A stretch of 64,000 nucleotides of DNA from the NCBI GenBank assembly GCA_029717555.1, contig JAMDHS010000007.1:186001-250000 (forward strand), written 5' to 3'. The notes below the pieces were generated by a model. That model had not been told where the DNA came from. It did not search any database and was given only the letters and a program-made list of their open reading frames with translations. A program made the translations under genes and the position numbers. Source of the DNA: Peribolospora baueri. Taxonomy: Eukaryota. This document shows positions 56,201 to 64,000 of this stretch, one piece after another (the stretch's first letter is position 1; each line of letters opens with the position of its first letter).

Positions 56201-58429
56201 CACTTTGTGAGCCTCTCGCCTTCAACTCCTTGTTTCTCGCCCTCGCTTGAGCTCACCTAGAATCTGCCTCCCCCGGTCGCATGCCCATCTACCCTATTCC
56301 AGCACTTATCAACCCGTCGTCTTCCTCCACGTCCAAGACATGACCTTCTCGCAATACCTCGCCCTGCTTACGGTCGCCGACGCCTTCTTTGCCTGCTCTC
56401 TACGCGAAGGCATGAACTTGACCAGCCACGAGTTTGTCGTCTGTCAGGAGAAACGACATAGGCCTTTGATATTGAGCGAGGTGAGCCGCCACCGCCGTTC
56501 CTTCACCCACCCCCGGCCAGAAATATCTTGGATTCGAGAGGTGAGACTGAAACAGCATAGCTGACGCCTTCTCTCTCCTTTCTGCGTCTTAGTTCACTGG
56601 AACGTACAGCTCTTTCGTGAGTTTTTTCCCCCTGGCCTTGGGTTCCACACATAGTCATCTTGGGAGCGACAAGTAGCTAACTCGCGCTGTGTTGGTGTTA
56701 TCAGCGAGCTTGCATCACTATCAACCCGTGGAACACCGTGGGGGTGGCCAAAGCCATCCGCCAAGCGTTGACGATGAGCGATCAAGAGGCCAAACTAAGG
56801 TGGCACGTGAGTGTGACCAGTGGCATGCTTGCCCTTCGCGTGTACGAAAGGTTCTCATGGCGCCGGTTGGAACATTTCTACAGGACCTGTACCGCACCGT
56901 GCGCTCTCAAACCGCCCAACACTGGGTACTCTCCCTCCTCTCGCGCCTCGAGCGCGCCCACGCCGAAAAACAGCGCCGTGACGCCCTGTTCATCCCTCGA
57001 CTTGAGCCCACGCTCTTCTCCTCCGAGTGGCGCGCATCCAAAACCCGACTCGTCCTGCTCGATCTGGAGGGCACGCTGGTCTTGGAGGACGTGCAGGCTA
57101 CGAGAAGAGAAGGCTTCGTTGTTCCCGAGAGGGTGGCTGATATCCTGAGGCAGCTGTGCGCGGACGAGAGGAACAAGGTGTTTTGCTTGAGCGGAAAGAG
57201 TATTCAGGATCTTACCAGGCTTGGAGATCTAGTTCCAGGCTTGGGTTTATGGTGAGCGTCGTGGCCTCACTAGACATCCCGACTTGGCGCAGCCGAGCTA
57301 GGTGCGTGAACACTCACAGCTTCCGATCGTCCTCATGTCGCCCTCTGCTTTTACTTCATACTGCTGCCGTGACGCAGCGCGGAAAACGGGTGTTTCCTGC
57401 GAATGCCTCACGAAACCAACTGGATCTCCATGGTCGCCGGCATTTCGCTCGGTTACCGTGAGCCCGTCAAGGAAATCCTCAACTATGTGAGCCAAACTTT
57501 TCTTCCATCTCCCGGATGGACGCGACAATGCTGACGATATTCTGGGTTTCGGTTGCTCAAAACGCGTGCAGTTCACCGAGCGTACGCCCGGTTCGTTCAT
57601 CGAGGACCGCGGCGCCTCCATCTGCTGGCGCTTTCTTCCAGGTGGGGAGAAAGATAAGAACGACGCCGCTTGGGCAAGGAGACAGGGTAAGCTATTAGTT
57701 TGTCCATCCTTGTTGGCCATTTTTTCCCGCTTAGATGTGGAACGAAGGACGACCATGCTGAATGGTCTTTGAATTGATCACGATCGAAACACAGCCGCCG
57801 AGGTGCAGAACCTGATCTACGACAGCCTGAGCGAGCGCTTCTCGCTGCACATCATACCTGGCAAACACAGCTTCCTGGTCATGCCCAAGGTCAGTTTCAG
57901 GCCTCTACGTGAAAAGTCCTCCCCACACTCAGGTCTTTCAAGTTCGAGCGCTCACCTTCTCTTCCGCCCCATCTCTCTTGCGCAGAACACGAGCCGCGCG
58001 ACGGCCGTAGCGCACGTCCTCCAAGTAAGCGCGATGGGCGGTATCAGCTCGCCCACGTCCGGGATCGGCCTCGGTTCGCCGTCGTCCACCATCGTCCCCC
58101 ATCCACACTATTTCGCCGCCTCGTCCCACAACGGCGCAAGCGCTGGCGGCGGCCTTATAGGCTTCGGCCTGAACATGACGGCGGCCGGAGGGGGAGCGAC
58201 GGACACGTTTGACTGCGTGCTCGCAATTTCCGAGGACGAGCGCCTCATGTCGCTCGTCAACGGCCTCGATCTGCCTTTCGCGCCTTTGTCGTGTACCACC
58301 ACGAAGAAGGGCTCCGAGGCGAGCTTCCAGTTGGAGGGTGGGGATGTGGTTTTGGACAAGCTGGCCGAGGTGCTTGAGTTTAGGGCTCGAGATGAGAGGT
58401 GGGGTGGGCCGGAGATGTCAGACGTCTGA
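53260..58429 (+). CDS. Trehalose-6-phosphate synthase/phosphatase complex subunit (GT20 plus HAD-like; Tps3/Tsl1-type regulatory subunit)
   Basis: HRVLIASLYLP, LLWPTFHY, WVNDYHLLLVPRM, GFFLHIAFPSSEIFRCL, VGRDKLDWVKGV, LREGMNLTSHEF, INPW, degenerate HAD motif LDLEGTL, FTERTPGSFIE. Confidence 0.9.
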
Positions 58430-59444
58430 GCGCAGACGGACGGACTTGGTTGTGCCAGTCAGTCATACCTAGCTCATAGTTTTCAGCTATTCTGACGATA
58501 CCTTAACAGACAGGTACATATTTTGTGTTTCTTTTCTACGTATGTGACACCACCTCCTCTCCTTCCAGTCTTCCTTTCGTCCTCGTTCTCCTTCCATCCG
58601 CCACCTGCCCGCAAGTTCGATCTTCATACGATCCACACAACACTCTCTGCTCCCTCCTCTCCTCTCTTCTTCTTACTCAATGCGCTCCTGCCATGTTCTG
58701 CACCATAGCTCCGTTTGTCCACCCCCCTCAAATGTGTAAGATGAAGACGTTCGCTTCACGTGAAAGCGTGAAAAGGGAAAGCGTGGGAGCACAGCCATGG
58801 AAAGTGGGAAACCAGATGCTAGACAGGGCGGGCTAGGTGGGTGCTGATGACGGATGGTGTCATGCACCATCACCGACATGACCGGTACGATAAAGAAGGT
58901 CATGCATGCCGCACAGGAGCTGGAAGGAAGAGGGGCGCACATGTGGGGAAAGGACGGCCACGTCATGAGCTCATACATGCATGGTCGTGGCCGAATAAGG
59001 TCACATAAATTCAGGCAGGGAACTTATCATAACAAGCTCAACTGACTTGGAACCCAAGGAAGACGAGGTGGACAAATAGTGACAGATGCGCAGAGGGTAG
59101 TGAGAGCGGTCGCGCTGCTTTAGACCTGTGCGCACCGTGGGGCAGGGGATGGATGCGCGTGTAAGGATGAACTCGGGGGAAGTCTTTCCCGGCTTTGCTT
59201 CGACATGCTTCTTCTCCTTTCCTTGGCCCGCGGCTTTCAGTCTTCTCATGTCCAGATGTTGTCCGGGTATGCGCAAGCAACGCCTGCGCAAACCCACTTC
59301 ACACCCGGAAACCCCCATTCAATGCAGAGTGGAGAGGACCCAGGAAATAGGGTCATGTCTAGAATGCAAGAGAGCGATGACGTCCTCTGAGTATTGCACA
59401 GGACAGTGCGTGATTGACTGAGACGAAGGAGAGCGGCAACGACG

Positions 59445-60163
59445 CTATCGGTTCTTGGTCAAGCTGAGGAGAAGGACAACAGCCAAAGCAGGTTGAATGC
59501 AAAAAGACAGACAGACGTAAAGGCGGACCATCAGCGTCGAGAGGAAACGACGAAAAGGAAGCGAAATCGGGCGCTCCATCGTCCCTCATTATAACCAGAG
59601 CAATACGACAGAGGACAACGCACCGGTAAGTGAACCTCTTCCTCGTGATAGCGAATTCGCCCAGCTTGTGTCCAACCATCTCTTCGGTGATGTTCACGGG
59701 GACGTGAGTCTTGCCGTTGTGAACGAGGAATTTCAGACTGCCGGGGAACGAGCGGACCGAACCAGGTCAGAAAGGGCGACTCGGGAGGCTTCTCCTCTAA
59801 TTTGCTCACCCCACAAAATTCGGTAAGATGGTACAAGAGCGTGCGTTGGTGGGGATGGGGGTGCCGGTCTTGAGCGCTTGTTGTAGGTTTGGAAACGCTA
59901 CAAAGAAGGGCCCTGGGATGGCATAAAACAAAACGCAAGAGCAAAAGATGAGCATGAAAAAACGAAAGGCCAAAAATAATACGAGAAACAGTTCAAAGGT
60001 AGATGAGATGGATGACTGCTCGCTTGCTCGCTTCAAGCTGCCACTACACCAATGTGACCCCCGCGCCACATCGTGCCCCTAGGAGCGAAGCGTACCGGCA
60101 AACTTGCTACGTTTACTCACCCTTCCAAGCAGACCGCTTACACGCCACCGCCGTCGCAAACAT
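59445..60163 (-). CDS. RSM19: Mitochondrial ribosomal protein uS19m
   Basis: [22 protein letters not shown]...[23 protein letters not shown]...[28 protein letters not shown]. Confidence 0.95.
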
Positions 60164-60553
60164 GGCTCTCCCGTCCGCAGATGGAGGTTGCGTGTGGACG
60201 TATACGGTGCGTGACGAGGTGAAAGATGGCACCTTTCCGGCGAATTTCGCAGCGACGCTTGCTGGTGTCGGCCTCGACCCAAGGTCAAGGTCCCGAAGGA
60301 CTGCGACCAATCCACACACGTGACACAACCGCAGCGCGCACAAGCCGAGCACGTGAAAGCTCGCACACGCGTGCGCAAGGCATTGTGGCTGGAGCGACGG
60401 ACGACAACGTCGCCAACACGTCTTCTCCTCACACTTCGTCTCCAGACTGTGTACGTCCTCGTTTGTACGTTCACAGCTCAGGACTCGTCTTTGATCTCAG
60501 CTTCGCTCAACCCTTCGGAAAAGCGGCGCCCACGACACGAACAACGTATGAAT

Positions 60554-62002
60554 ATGGCTGATCAAGACGGTACGTGTCCATCGCCCTTCGTCGACGGCGA
60601 CGCCCGGCCGGCCGCCACACACGCATTCAGTTCACTTCGGCTTGCCTTGAGCGTGCCATCCATCGACTTCGCCTCTCATGTTGCCGGTCTCTGCCTGTAC
60701 ACACTCCTTCTCGACCCTGTCGCTCGTCCGACGCGGCCGTATTCCTCTCGTCCCTCCTCTCGCCTGGCCGGCCCGCGTGATTTATCCGACCCGCGCAGCG
60801 ACTGATCAACTCACCAACTTTTCCGTCCTTCTTCGCCCGTCCATCCGTCCATCACGTTCATCCATCCGTCCTTCCCATCTATCCATCATCGACTTGCACG
60901 CCTTATGCCGCCCTTCGTACGTACTTTGCTATCCGTCCTCGCTTTTTGCTGACTTGTTTTCGCAGCGTGGAACGGTGACGACCGCCGCGAGGCCGACGAC
61001 GCCGCCTGGAACAACGCTCGCTCCCCCTCTCCTCGGCGCGACACTCGGTCGCCTCCCAGGAGGTCGAGGTCGCCGCTTGCCAGAAACGGGGATTCGCGTG
61101 GCCGGTGAGTTGATCCCCTGTCTAGGCCGCTTTGAATGACTGATTCGAAGCGTCTGCTCTGGATGATCGCACGTGTCTTAGACCCGAGGAACCTGGCTTG
61201 AACCCCGGAAACAACTTGCACGTCTCAGGCGTGAGCTCGAAGACGACCGACCGCGACCTCGAGGACGCATTCAGCAAGTATGGCAAGGTGAGCAGTCACT
61301 CCTCGTAGCTCTACGTGCTAGGACATCTCGTTATGCACTGCTGACGTAGGTTTCCCTTTGACCACACATCACAGGTGGCCAAGGCTCAGATCATGTATGA
61401 CCCGCATTCGCGCGAGTCCCGGGGCTTTGCGTTCGTCACGATGGAGACCAGCGAAGATGCTGACGCGGCTATTGCCGGTATGAACGGTGTGGAAATGCAG
61501 GGCCGCGTCATCAATGTGCAGAAGGTAGGAGATGCGCGTGTATCGTCAGTTGGTGTTCTTGTTTGAGCGCGTGTTCATCATGCATTTTGAAACAGGCTCG
61601 CCGCGGCCGCGCCAGGACGCCCACTCCGGGCAGGTACTTCGGTCCTCCGAAGAGGGGTGAGTTTACGAATCTCTGTCCCGGTGAAGGCGGTGGCAATAGG
61701 GTCTGACAAGAGATGGGCCTTTCTTCTGCTGCATCCCAGAGATGAACAGGCCGTATGATCCTCGCCCGTACGACTACCGCTACCGCGACTATCCCCCACC
61801 TCGCGACTATCCCCCGCGCGACTACCCGCCTCGCGATTATCCTCCCATGCGCGGAGGAGATCCGTACGAGCGCGAACGCTACGCTCGCTTTCCCCCGCCT
61901 CGTGACTACCCGCCCCCGAGGAGCTACCGTGACTACTCGCCTCCGGCTCGTCGTGGCTATGATGACCGCAGGTACGACGACCGGCCCCCCAGGAGGTACT
62001 GA
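60554..62002 (+). CDS. Tra2/SR45a-like single-RRM splicing factor
   Basis: RS/SP-rich N-terminus (RSPSPRR..RRSRSP) and an RRM (NPGNNLHVSG; ESRGFAFVTM). The Tra2-type linker ARRGRARTPTPGRYFGPP is followed by an RDYPP-repeat tail. Confidence 0.88.
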
Positions 62003-62524
62003 GAGGATGGCGTCAAGCCTATGTCGGCGCAGATGCGCCATACCGTACTTGCATTGACCGCGTGGCTCGTCCCGTCCGCAGTGCGGGCCATCAAAAGCGT
62101 GAGCGCATCCCATCCCAATAGCCTCTTGTCTGTCTTCTTCCCAGGATTGCAGGTCCGACTCTCATAGGCAGGTGAAACGACCGTCAGAGATCGGATGGAT
62201 GGCGCGCACACGCCCGCAGTTATCGACCCCCCTCTCCATTGTGCCTCGTGGTTCCGGCTGTTTTCATTTTCATTTTTGCTACTTTGAGCCACAATCCTTC
62301 GAGGGTGTGTCGCTTTGTCGGCTTGTGTTATTCCTCTGATGCGAAAAGTGATCCGGTGTATGGAAGCCGAGCGAAGATGGACGTGCGAAAAGATCCGCCG
62401 GTGTTTGTGATCTGGGATCGATACGGAACCAGGACAATATGAAGAAGAGACGCTTCCCTGCGCCAAGTTGCATCTGCCCTGACCTATCCTCCTCCACCGC
62501 CGGCATTCCGAGTAGCCCTTCCAA

Positions 62525-64000
62525 ATGAACGTCAGAACAACAGCAGTTGCGGCAGCTAGACCCTTCTTCCCCCTCGTCGCCCTCGGCCGCGTCGCAGCGC
62601 TGCGCTCGACCGTCCTGCTCGCTCGTCCAAGTCGCACCTTTGCCTCCTCCTCCCGCTCCCACTCCCCTACCGCCAGTCCCATCCTCCGCCAACAGATCCT
62701 TACGGACGGCAAGCCAATCCCCATCCGACATGGCAAAGACGATGCTGAAGCTGGCGATGAGGGCGAGAGCTCGCCGAGCCAGGAGATGGGGAGGATGATC
62801 AAGATCGATCGGTTGATGACTTCTGTGCGAGGTGCGTGTCCTGGCCGCCTCCGTCATTCCGTCGTTTGTTCGCCCGTTCGCTCGTCGCGCCGGTCGGGCG
62901 TATCTGCCGCTGGGAGATCGTTCTTTCATGCAGCGACGAGCTCGTCGTTGGCGGGGCAGTCACGGCAGAGGTGGGAGGGACGGGAGTTCCGGACGCTGGA
63001 CTTGAGGCCTCTTGCTCCCGCAGGACACGACGGTGCTCCGGGAAAGGGATTCCCTACTAACAAACCGTCCGCCTCCCTTCTCTTCCCCATTTTTGCAGCA
63101 CGTCATCCCTCGCCGTCCCATGCCCTCCCCTTTCGAATGCGTCCGTTGGAAAGACTCTGGGCGGACGACCACACGAGGGTGAAAGGCAAGCCGCTGCTAC
63201 CGTTTCCCGTGTCGCCTTATGAGCGAGACGAGGTTGAGAAGGATCCGACGAAGAAGCCCACGAGGACGCCCATGGAATTAGACGAGCGGCCGAGGTATAT
63301 GCATGAGAGGTATGTGCGATCGTTCTCGCGGGCATGCTATTATTCCACTTCGCGACGAGGAGCCCGCCCTGGCTGACGCCCTTTCCTGGTGGTTCCTCTT
63401 CGCCGTCCCGTACTAGCTACATTTCTTTCGAGCTGCCGTTCTCGTCCAACCCAGAGCTGCTGGAAAGGTATATCGCCTACTCGGGCCACATCCGTGTCGG
63501 CCGCCTCTTGGAGGACCTGGACACCCTCTCAGGCTCCATTGCGTACAAACACGTTCTCGGAGATGTGGCCGACCTGCACGGCGCGGCGGATGACATTTAC
63601 ATCGTGACCGCCTCCGTAGATCGGATGGACGTGCTCAAACCTTTCAGCAAGGCGTTTGTAGAGGACCTGCGCTTGTCTGGGCAGGTCATTTACACGGGCA
63701 ATTCGAGTATGGAGGTGAGCGGGTCGCCGGGGTGGATGTCGTGTGCCCCTTTGGTCTCATTTCGGTGATCTGCGCAGAAACTGATGTCGGCTATGTGGAT
63801 GACCACTAGATTTTCGTCCGTATGGAGACCATCGACCCAGAGGAAGGGTGCGCGCCGCCTTCTACGGCGAGCAACGGAGGCAGCACCGAAGCGAGCAAGG
63901 CGGCGGTTCCGTGCACGACTGCACGGGAATCCTCTCAAGCGGGCACCCGAACATCGCATCAACCCTCTTCCAAAACCGTTTTGCTGGCCAGGTTCACCAT
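62525..64000 (+). CDS. HotDog acyl-CoA thioesterase (ACOT9-like, probable mitochondrial presequence), truncated by the window end
   Basis: RYMHE|SYISFELPFSS...LLERY...IRVGRLLEDLDTLSGSIAYKH, IVTASVDRMD, DLRLSGQVIYTGNSSME|IFVRME. Confidence 0.9.

Noticed and set aside
62832..63098. Internal acceptor (~62932) in the long, stop-free first intron of the thioesterase gene
   Set aside because: No phase-compatible strong donor was found, so an extra exon cannot be supported without RNA data.

Overview
Eukaryotic, GC-rich, intron-rich fungal DNA. It is a basidiomycete, probably Ustilaginomycotina, inferred from GTGAG/GTGCG/GTACG donors, CTGAC/CTAAC branch points and protein style. The window is a compact housekeeping neighbourhood of about 21 spliced genes: GSKIP-domain protein (3' end), SRP21, an ArAE/FUSC-type membrane protein, NHP6, PS decarboxylase, an Aven-like protein, CNOT11, COQ8, DML1, WBP1, EMC1, SYP1, an aldo-keto reductase, a class I hydrophobin, PEX6, a PTS1-bearing APH kinase, a Tag1-like membrane protein, a TPS3/TSL1-like subunit, RSM19, a Tra2-like RRM protein and an ACOT9-like thioesterase (5' part). 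It also holds one multiply frameshifted gene and a composite, internally inverted retroelement relic. Most listed ORFs are exon fragments or high-GC shadow ORFs. CDS coordinates are start-to-stop spans including introns and were read by eye. The most interesting items are a candidate H/ACA-type RNA followed by a spliced, structured non-coding segment at ~48.6-49.2 kb, an AVEN-like gene head-to-head with CNOT11, a CACGTG E-box recurring in the short promoters, and the hairpin-forming TE relic abutting the AKR start. No CRISPR array, tRNA or rRNA was seen, and no database search was possible.
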